A stretch of 64,000 nucleotides of DNA from Gemmatales bacterium (GCA_041640595.1 JBEPZY010000002.1:210984-274983); one strand, 5' to 3'; positions 47,033-57,753 are shown, counted from the stretch's first letter. Numbers and translations: made by a program. Notes: generated by a model not told the origin, from the sequence alone.

Positions 47033-47841
47033 TCATGATCGGGCAGCCCGCCCTGACGCGCGAGCAAATGCAGGCTTTTGATCGCTGGGCGGTCGAAGAA
47101 CTCGGCGTGCCGGGCGTGGTGCTCATGGAAAATGCCGGTCGCGGTTGTGCCGAGGTTCTGCTGCGGGTTCACGCCGCCAGTGGGCAGCCATCCTTACCGC
47201 AGTCCGATTCGGCGTCGGATGCACCTGCCCCGACGGCCGTCCTTTCCCGCCTGGAAGATTTTGCCCTGGGGCGTTATCCGCGACCTCACCGTGTCGCCGT
47301 TTGCTGCGGGCGGGGCAACAATGGCGGCGACGGGTACGTTCTGGGGCGTTACCTGGCCTTACTGGGAATCGGCGTCCAGGTGCTGGCGTTTGCCGATCCC
47401 GAGCAGTTGAGCGGCGAGGCACGCTGGGCGGCGGAGCTGTATTGCCGATTGCGACTGCCGTTGGTGCCGTTCTGGAATGGCCCGCTCGACGAAACCCGCC
47501 TTCGGACGGAACTGGCCCATGCTGACTGGGTTGCCGACGCCCTTTTTGGTACGGGACTGAAAGGCCCGTTGCGACCACCTTTCGATCGCGTGGTCGAACT
47601 GATCAACGCCAGCGGCAGACCGATTCTGGCCGTGGACATTCCTTCGGGGCTGGATTGCAACACCGGCCTGGCATCCGGGCCGGCGATTCGGGCTCGTTGC
47701 ACCGCCACCATGGCGGCATGCAAACGCGGCTTTCTCCAGCCGACCGCACGTGAGTTTACCGGAGACGTGTACGTAGTGAGTCTTGGCGTTCCGGTTTCTG
47801 CCTGGCCCGGTCTGAGCCAGGCTCAGCCGACTTCCTGTTAG
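47026..47841 (+). CDS. nnrE: NAD(P)H-hydrate epimerase (stand-alone YjeF-N)
   Basis: LMENAGRG, CGRGNNGGDG, DALFGTG, AVDIPSG. Confidence 0.92.
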   Translation: MVIMIGQPALTREQMQAFDRWAVEELGVPGVVLMENAGRGCAEVLLRVHAASGQPSLPQSDSASDAPAPTAVLSRLEDFALGRYPRPHRVAVCCGRGNNGGDGYVLGRYLALLGIGVQVLAFADPEQLSGEARWAAELYCRLRLPLVPFWNGPLDETRLRTELAHADWVADALFGTGLKGPLRPPFDRVVELINASGRPILAVDIPSGLDCNTGLASGPAIRARCTATMAACKRGFLQPTAREFTGDVYVVSLGVPVSAWPGLSQAQPTSC

Positions 47842-48038
47842 TCGCGGTGCTGGCTCAGGAAGCTCGCCGGCATCGCATTCGTCAACCGCCGCTGGCTACC
47901 CTGTCAGCCACGTGCCAGCCGAAACGGTCTTTTCCACCGGGCGAGCCGAGCATAGACTAGATTGTCCTGACGCACAAACAAACTTCCCTGGGGTGAACCC
48001 CGGCGAGTCGGCAGGCGTAATAAAAGGAGATAAAAGCG

Positions 48039-48263
48039 ATGAAAAAGGGTATCCATCCGGAATACGTCGAGGCCACGGTAACCTGCGGTTGTGGCAATAC
48101 GTTCAAGACCCGCAGCACCAAACGGGAAATCCACGTCGAAATTTGCTCCGCGTGCCATCCGTTTTTCACCGGCAAGATGAAATACGTGGACACCGCTGGT
48201 CGCGTCGAGCGGTTCTTGCGGAAATACCGACGTCAAAACGAAAACCAGACCGGCAACAAGTAG
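48039..48263 (+). CDS. rpmE: 50S ribosomal protein L31 (zinc type)
   Basis: [30 protein letters not shown]. Confidence 0.97.
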   Translation: MKKGIHPEYVEATVTCGCGNTFKTRSTKREIHVEICSACHPFFTGKMKYVDTAGRVERFLRKYRRQNENQTGNK

Positions 48264-48375
48264 GTGCGCTGGGCTGGCATCCAGGCTGCGGGTCGGCAAA
48301 TTCATCCGCAACATCGGTAAGCGTATTCGCGCGTCGCCAACGCATCCGTAACCGGAGCGGCGACCGTGTGCATAA

Positions 48376-48776
48376 CAGGAGCGGCGGGCGTCAGCCCGCC
48401 GTGGTGTGCGACACCGACGCTGTGCGGGGAAAGTCGAACATCGCACAGCGACTAGCGAACACGCAACCAGGAGCGGCGGGTGTCAGCCCGCCGTGGTCGG
48501 CGAAACGCCCAGCAACGGCGTTTGTTTCCCACGGCTGGCTTACGCCAGCCGCTCCTGATCGGGCGACGCACATTCACTGCAAAGCGCGTGCATGGCGACG
48601 CACAAACGCACGTGCCCAGGAGCGGCGGGTGTCAGCCCGCCGTGCGACGGCGAAACGCCCATGCAACGGCGTTCGTTTCCACGGCTGGCTAACGCCAGCC
48701 GCTCCTGATCGGGCGACGAACATTCACTGCAAAGCGCGTGCTTGCCGATGCACAAACGCACGTGCCCAGGAGCGGT
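48376..48776. repeat. REP/REPIN-like palindrome cluster 3 (about 6 hairpins, 150-bp unit)
   Basis: CAGGAGCGGCGGG..GCCCGCCGTG at about 48376, 48467, 48617, 48767 (truncated); inverted CCACGGCTGGCT(T/A)ACGCCAGCCGCTCCTG at about 48529, 48679. Confidence 0.88.
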
Positions 48777-48854
48777 GAACATCGGGCTTTGCTGGCGAGC
48801 CACGCAACAAATGGCGTGTCATGGCAGCCGACTCTCCACTGTCGGACATAGCTT

Positions 48855-49958
48855 ATGTGGGCGAAACTGGATGAAATCCTGAAGCGGTACCAGGAAGTGG
48901 AACGGCAGCTGGGCGATCCTGCCGTGATCGCGGATGGTATGCGCGCCGGGCAGCTGGCCAAGGAGCACGGTTTGCTTGCCCGTGTGGCCAAACCCTATCT
49001 CGAATATCGGCAGCTCGAACAGGAACTGCACCAGGCCGAACGGCTCGCCTGCTCCGAAAAAGACCCGGAATTGCGGGCCTATGCGCAGGAGGAAGTGGAA
49101 CTCTTGCGACGCAAACAGGAGCAACTCCGCCAACGCCTCGAGGAATTGCTCCTCGTGGACCCATCCGAAGACCGCGACAGTGTCATTCTGGAAATTCGTG
49201 CGGGCACCGGTGGTGAGGAGGCAGCGCTGTTTGCTGCCGATTTGTTCCGCATGTACGAAAAATACGCCGCCGCTCGCGGCTGGAAGGTCGAGGTGCTCGA
49301 TTTCAATGCCACCGACCTGGGCGGATTCAAGGAAGTCATCTGCAGCATCAGCGGCGAAAACGTCTATCGGGAACTGCGTTACGAGTCGGGCGGACATCGT
49401 GTGCAACGGGTGCCCAAGACCGAGCAGCAGGGGCGCATCCACACCTCCGCCGCGACCGTGGCTGTGCTTGCCGAACCCGAAGAAATCGAGATCGAAATCA
49501 AACCGGAAGAGGTCCGCATAGACACCTTTGCCTCCGGTGGTCCTGGCGGTCAGCACCAGAACAAGACTCAGAGCGGGGTGCGCATCGTCCATTTGCCGAC
49601 CGGTATCGTCGCCGAGTGCCGCAACGAACGCAGCCAGCATAAGAACAAAGCGACGGCCTGGCGTATGCTGCGGGCCAAGCTGTATCAGCATCTGGCCTCG
49701 CAGAAAGAGGCCGAGCGGGCCCAGCAACGCCGTTCCCTCATCGGCACAGGCGACCGATCCGATCGCATTCGCACCTACAATTTCCCCCAGAACCGCGTCA
49801 CCGATCACCGCATTGGACTGACGCTGTACAAGCTCGATGCGATTCTCAATGGGGAACTGCATGAACTGATCCGCGCCCTCATCGAATACGACCGCCGTCA
49901 GCAATTCGAGCAGCTTTCCCTGGAAAAGGTCGTTGCCGTCGGAGGCACGGAGGACTGA
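48855..49958 (+). CDS. prfA: Peptide chain release factor 1
   Basis: [24 protein letters not shown] (PxT), [22 protein letters not shown]. Confidence 0.97.
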   Translation: MWAKLDEILKRYQEVERQLGDPAVIADGMRAGQLAKEHGLLARVAKPYLEYRQLEQELHQAERLACSEKDPELRAYAQEEVELLRRKQEQLRQRLEELLLVDPSEDRDSVILEIRAGTGGEEAALFAADLFRMYEKYAAARGWKVEVLDFNATDLGGFKEVICSISGENVYRELRYESGGHRVQRVPKTEQQGRIHTSAATVAVLAEPEEIEIEIKPEEVRIDTFASGGPGGQHQNKTQSGVRIVHLPTGIVAECRNERSQHKNKATAWRMLRAKLYQHLASQKEAERAQQRRSLIGTGDRSDRIRTYNFPQNRVTDHRIGLTLYKLDAILNGELHELIRALIEYDRRQQFEQLSLEKVVAVGGTED

Positions 49959-50042
49959 CCGGATTGGCCAGCGATTGCTGCTGAGGACGGCCGCACCTGG
50001 AACAGAGAGAATTGGTGCAGGCGTTTGCCTGCCGGTGTAACC

Positions 50043-50972
50043 ATGGATTGGACATTAGGACGATTGTTGCAGTGGACGACCCAGTTTCTGGCGGAACGTG
50101 GCTCGGAGAGTCCCCGCCTGGATGCCGAAGTTTTACTTGCCCACGCCGAGGGTTGCCGACGCATTGATCTGTACACCCGCTTCGAGGAACCCGCGTCCGA
50201 GCCAACCCGGCAACGCTTCCGCGAACTGGTACGCCAGCGGGCCGAGGGTTGCCCCGTGGCTTACCTAGTAGGTCGCAAGGAATTTTTCTCGCTGGAATTT
50301 GAGGTGAGCCCGGCCGTTCTCATTCCCCGTCCCAGCACGGAAACACTGGTGGCCGAGTGTTTGCGGCGGTTGAAATCCCATCCTGCTCCGGTAATTCTTG
50401 ACCTGGGCACAGGCAGCGGTAACATCGCGGTTAGTCTGGCCAAGTACCTGCCGCAGGCCCGCATCGTGGCCGTGGACATCAGTGCGGAAGCGCTTGCCGT
50501 CGCTTGCCGCAATGCCCAGCGCCACCAGGTCGCCGACCGGATAACTTTCCTGCAAGGCGATCTGTTTGTTCCGCTCCCGGCCGGTTCTGAGTTCGATGCC
50601 ATTGTCAGTAACCCGCCTTATATTGCCGACAGTGAATTAGCCGATCTGCCTGTGGGCGTTCGCCTGTACGAGCCGGAAGTCGCGCTGCGTGGCGGACCCG
50701 ACGGTCTGGCAGTCGTCGAACGCATTATTCGCCAGGCCGAGCAGTTCCTCCGACCCGGCGGTTATTTGCTTCTGGAGATTGGCACCGCCCAGGAGCAACC
50801 GGTTCGCCAGCTGGTGCAGAAGCTGACGGCGTTGCAGCTCGAGCCTACCGTTTACGATACCGATCGCCATCCCCGCGTGGTGGCGGCAAGTAAAATCAGC
50901 CAGGCCACACCGCCCGCCAGACTCGAAAAGCCCCAGCTTGACCATGACAGCGCCGCCATGTCCGTACAATAG
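50043..50972 (+). CDS. prmC: Release factor glutamine methyltransferase (HemK)
   Basis: [23 protein letters not shown]; follows prfA. Confidence 0.95.
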   Translation: MDWTLGRLLQWTTQFLAERGSESPRLDAEVLLAHAEGCRRIDLYTRFEEPASEPTRQRFRELVRQRAEGCPVAYLVGRKEFFSLEFEVSPAVLIPRPSTETLVAECLRRLKSHPAPVILDLGTGSGNIAVSLAKYLPQARIVAVDISAEALAVACRNAQRHQVADRITFLQGDLFVPLPAGSEFDAIVSNPPYIADSELADLPVGVRLYEPEVALRGGPDGLAVVERIIRQAEQFLRPGGYLLLEIGTAQEQPVRQLVQKLTALQLEPTVYDTDRHPRVVAASKISQATPPARLEKPQLDHDSAAMSVQ

Positions 50973-51076
50973 CGGCGTATGGTTTCCCGGCTGCCACTTT
51001 CCCGGCTAGCCACCAGTGCGACGGGGAGCGGCTGAATTGTAACTATCGCTTCGCAAAACAACAGGAAGTGCCAGCT

Positions 51077-52804
51077 ATGAGCAAGCATATTTTCGTAACC
51101 GGCGGCGTGTGCAGTTCCCTGGGCAAGGGGCTTACCTGTGCCAGTATCGGCATGCTCCTGGAACGTCGGGGCCTGCGCGTCCGGTTGCAGAAATTCGACC
51201 CGTATATCAACGTGGACCCCGGCACAATGAGCCCGTACCAGCACGGCGAGGTTTATGTGCTGGATGACGGCAGCGAGACCGATCTCGACCTGGGCCATTA
51301 CGAACGCTTCACCTCCGCTCCGCTGGATCGCAACTGCAACTTTACCACGGGCCGAATCTATCTCTCCGTTATCCAGAAGGAACGCCGGGGGGAATACCTC
51401 GGCAAGACAGTTCAGGTCGTGCCGCACGTTACCGATGAAATCCAGGCAGCGATTCGTGCCCTGGCCGCGCCGGACGTGGATGTGGTCATCACCGAGATCG
51501 GCGGAACTGTTGGCGACATCGAAGGGCTCCCGTTTCTGGAAGCCATCCGCCAGTTCGCTCTGCAGGTCGGCAAACAGAATTGCCTGTTCATCCACCTGAC
51601 CCTGGTGCCCTACTTGCGGGCCGCACGCGAACTCAAAACCAAGCCCACCCAGCAGAGTGTCGCTCGCCTGCGCGAAATCGGTATCCAGCCGGACATCCTC
51701 ATCTGTCGCAGCGAACGCTCCCTTTCCCGCGAGGAGAAGCACAAAATCGCCCTGTTCTGCAACGTCGAACCGGCAGCAGTCATCGAGGAGCTCGACAAAA
51801 CCTACAGCATCTACGAGGTGCCCATCAGCCTTTCCGAGAACCAGCTGGATGAACTCATCGTTCAGAAACTCGGCTTGAAGGCCCAGCCCCTGGACATCTC
51901 CGATTGGAAACAACTGCTGCAGCGCATCCAGAATCCGACCCAGGAAGTCAGCGTGGCAGTGGTCGGCAAGTATATTCGCCACCACGACGCCTACAAGTCC
52001 ATCTACGAAGCTCTCGATCACGGCGGCCTGGCCCACAGTGCCCGCGTCTCGGTGCGGAAAGTGGACGCCGAAGAAATCGAACGCGATGGACCCCACCAGG
52101 CGCTCGCCGATTGCGATGGCATTCTTGTGCCGGGCGGTTTTGGAGATCGCGGCGTCGAAGGCAAAATCGAGGCGATTCGCTATGCCCGCCACAAGCACAT
52201 CCCCTTTTTCGGGATTTGTCTGGGGATGCAGTGCGCAGTTATTGAATTTGCCCGTAATGTTTTGGGCCTGGCCGAGGCCAACAGCACCGAATTTGACCGC
52301 GACACGCCTCATCCGGTCATTTGCCTGATGGATGAACAGCGGCAGTTCGCCGACAAAGGCGGCACCATGCGACTGGGAGCCTATCCGTGTCTGCTCCGCG
52401 AGGGCACTCGCATTCGCGCTATTTACGGCCAGTCCGTCATCCGCGAACGGCACCGCCACCGCTACGAATTCAACAACGCCTACCGCACCATGTTCGAGTC
52501 GGCAGGCATGGTCGCCTCCGGTCTAAGTCCCGATGGGAAACTCGTCGAAGCCATCGAACTGGTCGGTCATCCCTGGTTTGTCGCCGTGCAATATCATCCC
52601 GAATTCCTATCGAAACCGTTACGTCCGCATCCCCTGTTTGCTGATTTCATCCGCGCTGCCCTCAACCGCAAAGAAACTCGCCGACAACCCGATACCGTTT
52701 CTCGAACCACGACCATCGAAGCTGGCTCAGCTGTACCGGCTACGCCCAATGCGTCCGGTTTGCCGGGCGAAACCGTCACCGCATCCGACGGTGCTCTCGG
52801 CTAG
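51077..52804 (+). CDS. pyrG: CTP synthase
   Basis: [48 protein letters not shown]. Confidence 0.98.
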   Translation: MSKHIFVTGGVCSSLGKGLTCASIGMLLERRGLRVRLQKFDPYINVDPGTMSPYQHGEVYVLDDGSETDLDLGHYERFTSAPLDRNCNFTTGRIYLSVIQKERRGEYLGKTVQVVPHVTDEIQAAIRALAAPDVDVVITEIGGTVGDIEGLPFLEAIRQFALQVGKQNCLFIHLTLVPYLRAARELKTKPTQQSVARLREIGIQPDILICRSERSLSREEKHKIALFCNVEPAAVIEELDKTYSIYEVPISLSENQLDELIVQKLGLKAQPLDISDWKQLLQRIQNPTQEVSVAVVGKYIRHHDAYKSIYEALDHGGLAHSARVSVRKVDAEEIERDGPHQALADCDGILVPGGFGDRGVEGKIEAIRYARHKHIPFFGICLGMQCAVIEFARNVLGLAEANSTEFDRDTPHPVICLMDEQRQFADKGGTMRLGAYPCLLREGTRIRAIYGQSVIRERHRHRYEFNNAYRTMFESAGMVASGLSPDGKLVEAIELVGHPWFVAVQYHPEFLSKPLRPHPLFADFIRAALNRKETRRQPDTVSRTTTIEAGSAVPATPNASGLPGETVTASDGALG

Positions 52805-52874
52805 CTCATCAGGCAGTTCTCTTGTGTCTATTTTGCTGGGCGAAACCGTCACCGCATTCGACGGTGCTGCCGGC
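52759..52874. repeat. About 37-bp direct repeat, offset 73 bp, duplicating the pyrG 3' end
   Basis: tttgc(c/t)gggcgaaaccgtcaccgcat(c/t)cgacggtgct at 52759 and 52832. Confidence 0.88.
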
Positions 52875-52959
52875 AGGTAAACTTCTCCACCGCAATTCAC
52901 CCGGCCCAACTCATTCCGCCGCCACAACGAACCATCGTGCCAGAAAGTTTCGTCATTCC

Positions 52960-53672
52960 CAAGAGCGGCGGGCGTTAGCCCGCCGTGCCTGTGGGTAACG
53001 CATGTGCAACGGGAGACAGTTTCGTCGTGATCGGCGGCCGTGATTCTCAAGAGCGGCGGGCGTCACCCCGCCGTGGGTGTGTGATACAAGCCATACGCCG
53101 GAGGTACGACGCACTGTTCGGCGACTACCGCACGCAGGAACAAGATCGGCACACGTCACCCCGCCGTGCGTATGAGTATCGCACCTGCAATCGCGTTCGT
53201 CCCCCACGGTCGGCTCACGCCGACCGCTCTTGGTCCCACAACGCACGTTCAATGCGAGGTGCGCGATTTGCGATGCACAAACGCGCGTTCCCAAGAGCGG
53301 CGGGCGTCAGCCCGCCGTGGTCGGCGAAGCGCCCATGCAACGGCGTTAGTTTCCCACGGCTGGCTTACGCCAGCCGCTCCTGATCGGGCGACGAACATTC
53401 ACCGCAAATCGCGTGATTTGCGATGCACATACGCGCGTTCCCAAGACCGGCACACGTCACCCCGCCGTGCGTGTAGGTAACGCATCTGCAACGGGAGACG
53501 GTTTCGTCGTGACCGGCAGCCGTGATTCTCAAGAGCGGCGGGCGTCAGCCCGCCGTGGGCGTGTGATACAAGCCATACGCCGGAGGAACAACACACTGTT
53601 CGGCGACCACCGCACGCACGTACAAGACCGGCACCCGTCACCCCGCCGTGCGTCTGGATAACGCACTTGCAA
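52960..53672. repeat. REP/REPIN-like palindrome cluster 4 (about 9 hairpins) with a 482-bp-offset diverged duplication
   Basis: Same family; 52960-53190 resembles 53442-53672. Confidence 0.88.
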
Positions 53673-53804
53673 TCGCGTTCGTTTTCGCCGAATGAGCAGC
53701 GTTGCACCTTCGCCCATACTGAAATCGGCGAATCTCCCGGCAGTGTCAGACCGCGAATAATAATTCTGCCAGGCAGTCCGTCGCATGTCCGAGGAGGTAT
53801 GGTC

Positions 53805-54221
53805 ATGAGCGAGAGCAGTCCGGGTGAACGCAAAATTATCGTGGATGAGGACTGGAAAGAACAGGCACGACGGGAAGCGGAAGCAACCCAGGCGGCCATA
53901 GACGCAGAACGCCAGCAGAAGCAAACCGCCATGCCCCCCGCTTCCTTCACGCTGCTGGTGCAGAGTCTGGTATCGCAGGCCCTGATCGCTCTCGGTCAGG
54001 CCGAGAATCCGCTCACCGGTCAGCGCTCGCCCGATCTCGAGATGGCCCGTTTCCACATTGATATGCTGGGCGTGCTGGAGGAAAAAACGAAGGGTAATCT
54101 CAGCCGACAGGAGGAGAACTTCCTTCGCGGTTGGCTCTTCGACCTTCGCCTGCGCTACGTGCAAACCGCTTCCCCACCCTCCGATTCGACCACTCCTCCG
54201 CAACCCGAAAAGAATCCATAG
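53805..54221 (+). CDS. DUF1844 domain protein
   Basis: KIIVDEDWK, PPASF..L, QALIALG, DL.MARFHIDMLGVLEEKTKGNL; GAGGAGG RBS. Confidence 0.88.
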   Translation: MSESSPGERKIIVDEDWKEQARREAEATQAAIDAERQQKQTAMPPASFTLLVQSLVSQALIALGQAENPLTGQRSPDLEMARFHIDMLGVLEEKTKGNLSRQEENFLRGWLFDLRLRYVQTASPPSDSTTPPQPEKNP

Positions 54222-54591
54222 TGCCGCGAACCTGGCAGCCTATATCACCGCACTGTTCACACTCTCAAAGCCACTAACAATCCGTATAATGCCCCGCTGC
54301 CCCACACCTCTAACTAGATTTCCGCGCTTGCGCGTAGCTGTTGAGCTTGCTACGAATTGCATCAGCGCCATACCTCTAATTAGATTTCCGCGCTTGCTCC
54401 TTGCTCGAAACCGCTAACAATGCTTAGAACGACGGGCTTAGTAGCCGGCATCGCTGCATTATTGACACGCCGCAATCCATTAAGCGTATCCGACTAAGCA
54501 ACTTAGTCGCCGCTCGTACCAGCGCGCACGGTAGCATGGCAAACTCAACCGCACGGTATTTCGGGTAGTCGCCAAAAGGTGGATCGTGTCG

Positions 54592-55011
54592 TTATCGGGC
54601 CCTCGCCAGACTGATCCGCATATAGGCCAGCGCATAAGCGTCTATACATGTAGTCGACCAGGCAAGACAGGCAGGGTACAGTTCCTCAGGATAAAACCAA
54701 AGATAAAAGACTGTCCCGCCTAACAACGCAATAGCTAATCTGGGCCACCGAATGAATGGAGCCAGAACCCACTGACAGGCCATGCGCCATCCTTTACGAA
54801 AGCCTATATAGCCTCCGTAAAGGCACCAGAGGGTCGCGGGGATACCAAGAAGAATTCTCATCCCCCAAACACTCCAGGACCACAGGCGGGCTAGCGGTGA
54901 ACCAGGCAGGTATAAATCCGCGAACCAAATCACTAAAGCAGTCCTCGCGGCGTGTGACCAAATAGCCCTGTCAGGGGGATACGTCGAAGCCACAGGCATG
55001 CACCCGACCAC
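54592..55011 (-). CDS. Small membrane protein, putative immunity protein of the adjacent Rhs toxin
   Basis: 139 aa, about 3 hydrophobic segments, directly downstream of the Rhs C-terminal domain; function inferred from position. Confidence 0.45.
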   Translation of the reverse strand: MVGCMPVASTYPPDRAIWSHAARTALVIWFADLYLPGSPLARLWSWSVWGMRILLGIPATLWCLYGGYIGFRKGWRMACQWVLAPFIRWPRLAIALLGGTVFYLWFYPEELYPACLAWSTTCIDAYALAYMRISLARAR

Positions 55012-55069
55012 GTCCTGATTAGGTGTTCGCCCAGTTAAAACGCCTCGACATCGGTTCAGGCCTTTCTAT

Positions 55070-56180
55070 CTAATGATGCACCGGTGGCAAGGGCGGAATT
55101 TTTCCCGTGCGCCTTAGCGTTACCCACCAGGGCAAGGCTGTTACCAGCCATTCGTAAATCACGCCCGCCACGGCCCCAACCCAGAAACCGTTGTTAAGTC
55201 CACACCGCGCCCCAACCTTCGCACCGCTAGCAAAGTCATCGCCTTGCTTACTGCCCTCCACCGAACCGACGATTCCGCCGGCGGTTGCCCCCACTATGCC
55301 CACGGTAAAGATCACAACCCCTCCGGGGCCGGTGCCTACGATGACCACAAAAATCCCGATAGCCGTCAAGCCACCAACCACGTAGCCCGTAACTGCACCA
55401 CCAGTGCTTCCTGAGTTGACCGGCCCAGTCAACCAGTCGACAACCGGATCGGGAAGGTGCCTAACCAGCCAGTCGAAAACATCTTCCCCTCTTGGATCCG
55501 CCGCACTCACCGGCGAGTTGAACACATACCGGTACAGGTTCGTATCGCCGGCGGTGAACGAGAGCGGGTCTTCGCGGAGGAAACGACCCTGGTGCTCGCA
55601 CCAACTATAGTAAGACTAAGCGACTCAGTTGCGGATCGTACCAGCGGGCACGGTAGCTATATAGTTTCGGCCGACACGCTAATAATACAGACTTAGGGCG
55701 GCGTCGAGTTCGCGGGCGGTGAACTTGAACCGGTCGCCGGCCGAGGGATTCGTCTCACTCAACACGTTGCCGAAACTGTCATACGTGATTTCGTCTAACA
55801 CTTCTAAGCCGTTACCATAACCGACGGCATGTGGCGGATCAATGTCGGCAGCTACATGAAAGCTCAGCTCTAAGCTCTTAACATAACCGCCGGCGTCGCG
55901 CACGATAGCCCGCACCGAGCCGATATAGTCCGTCAGATACCGGTCGGGAATGCCGCTAACCGGGTCGATCAGGCCGACGACCGATCAAGCTACCCACCGG
56001 CAGTTATAGTTCGCTCTGCATAGGTGCCTGTCACGACCCCCCGATGAAGTCAAGGTAATCAGGTACTCGCAACTGCCAGTCACAGTTCGCTCTCCATAGA
56101 TCTTCGTCGCCGGGTCTAACCGTGCTAACACCTGATCTATATCCGGGCCATAATCGCGATAGGCTTTAGATATTCGAACC
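55070..56180 (-). pseudogene. Fragmented Rhs repeat-associated core plus intact C-terminal putative toxin domain
   Basis: Minus-strand pieces in order: YGPDIDQVLAR, RYLTDYIGSVRAIV, DEITYDSFGNVLSETNPSAGDRFKFTARELDAALSLYY, YRARWYDPQ, GRFLREDPLSFTAGDTNLYRYVFNSPVSAADPRG; separated by stops, frameshifts and insertions. Confidence 0.85.
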
Positions 56181-56480
56181 GTTCATCACACGCGCCAACT
56201 TCCCTAGACGGTGATAGACCTGACTATGCTGGTGCGTGGCTTCAGGGATTACATATCTGCATCAATGATATATCTCACCAAGCGGAATCCCAGCCTCACG
56301 CATTTGCCTAATACTGTCCCAGTTCGGAGGTGGTTTTCTAGACGAACTGCGCCATGGACAACCAGTGGCGACCCATTTGTGGCGAAGTACGCGATGAATC
56401 TCGGCTCGCACTTTTGAGCTCGTGAATGCTTCGTCTATTAACCTACCGTTCAATTTGACATCGTCTAAGCCGAACTGAGT

Positions 56481-56720
56481 GGAAGAACTCCGGGTAAGGT
56501 TGGCGTCATTATTCTGGGGTTTGTGTGTGCAAGTTGACCTTCGTTGCGGGAGAACTCCGGGTAAGTTGGCGGTCATTATTCCGGGAGATTGGACGTCCAA
56601 TTTGGCGTTCGCTCCGGAAGAAGTCTGGGGGAGGGTAGGCGTCGTTGTTCGGCGGATCGCACTTTTAGTGCCGGTACCGCCACAAGCACGTCCACGGAAC
56701 GTAGCCGTTGTTATTCGGGG
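56481..56720. repeat. Degenerate array, about 35-bp repeat plus about 32-bp spacer, period 66-68
   Basis: agaactccgggtaag..ttggc..gtcattatt at 56484 and 56551, degenerate copy at about 56619, partial copy over the Nudix stop codon at about 56700-56720. Confidence 0.7.
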
Positions 56721-57097
56721 GAGTGTGGGGAGTGGCTGGTGAGGAGGTCGAGGACGGTGCGGTTGGCTTCCGGGAAGGGGAGCTGGTGGAGTTGGTGCAC
56801 AGGTACCCAGAAAAACGGCGGCCGTGGTGGCTGGCGATCTGGTAACTGGCATTCGACGAAAATCAGTCGCAATCGGCCATAGGGATAGGTATGCTCGACT
56901 TCGCACAGTCGCCGGGAAGCGTGCACGACCAGGCCGGTTTCTTCGAGGCATTCGCGGACAGCGGCCTGTTCGGGGGACTCGCCGGGTGCACACTTGCCGC
57001 CCGGGAACTCGGCCAGGCCCGCCAGAGGCACCTGGGCGGGGCGAATTCCCACCAGCACCTCGTTGCCCGAGCGCACCACAGCAATGGCAATCGGCAT
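56711..57097 (-). CDS. Nudix hydrolase, MutT-like
   Basis: Nudix box GKCAPGESPEQAAVRECLEETGL; EFPGG; start could be 57148. Confidence 0.9.
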   Translation of the reverse strand: MPIAIAVVRSGNEVLVGIRPAQVPLAGLAEFPGGKCAPGESPEQAAVRECLEETGLVVHASRRLCEVEHTYPYGRLRLIFVECQLPDRQPPRPPFFWVPVHQLHQLPFPEANRTVLDLLTSHSPHSPE

Positions 57098-57199
57098 GGG
57101 CGCCTGGGATCGGCAAGCGGGATCGTGCTGGGCTGAAGATGGGGCCATGCTTCGGTGAGTTCCGTGCACGTACTCAGGCACCGGGCAACGCGGATCGGT

Positions 57200-57664
57200 T
57201 TATCCTGGCGGGGACGGCGATTTTTTGCCGCTCTCCGCAGCTGGCAAAGATTTGACGACCAGCACCAGTCCGGGGGCCTTGCGCATGACCTGTTCGGCAA
57301 TACTGCCCAGAAGCACTCGCGTCAGGGCACCGTGGCCGTGCGAACCGAGCACGATGCAATCGGCTCCCGTGTCCGCAGCTACTCGCAGGATCGTCTCCGC
57401 CGGTGGTCCTTCGACGAGACGTTTTTCGACAGGCAGATCGGCAGCCTGATAGCGGGACATAGCGCGTTCGGCCTGGTGGCGATACTCGGCCACGGGGAGT
57501 CCCTGCAGGACGGCTTCGTAACCGGCAATTTCCGGCGGGATAACGTGTAGCACAATCAATCGTGCCCCGGTCGCCCGTGCCAGCTGACTGGCAACCTGCC
57601 AGGCCTGCTCGGCGCTGGGGGAAAAATCTGTCGCAAGCAGGATGGTTCGCGGGAGCGTTGGCAT
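57200..57664 (-). CDS. Universal stress protein
   Basis: ILLATDFS, IVLGSHG, LLGSIAEQVMRKAP..VLVV. Confidence 0.93.
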   Translation of the reverse strand: MPTLPRTILLATDFSPSAEQAWQVASQLARATGARLIVLHVIPPEIAGYEAVLQGLPVAEYRHQAERAMSRYQAADLPVEKRLVEGPPAETILRVAADTGADCIVLGSHGHGALTRVLLGSIAEQVMRKAPGLVLVVKSLPAAESGKKSPSPPG

Positions 57665-57753
57665 TTTGACTGACCCCGCGGGCTTCGGTGTGCAAAAATT
57701 ATCCTGGTGGAACTATCCGCCGTCGGTCGCAGCCCGGCGATATTGTACCGGAT

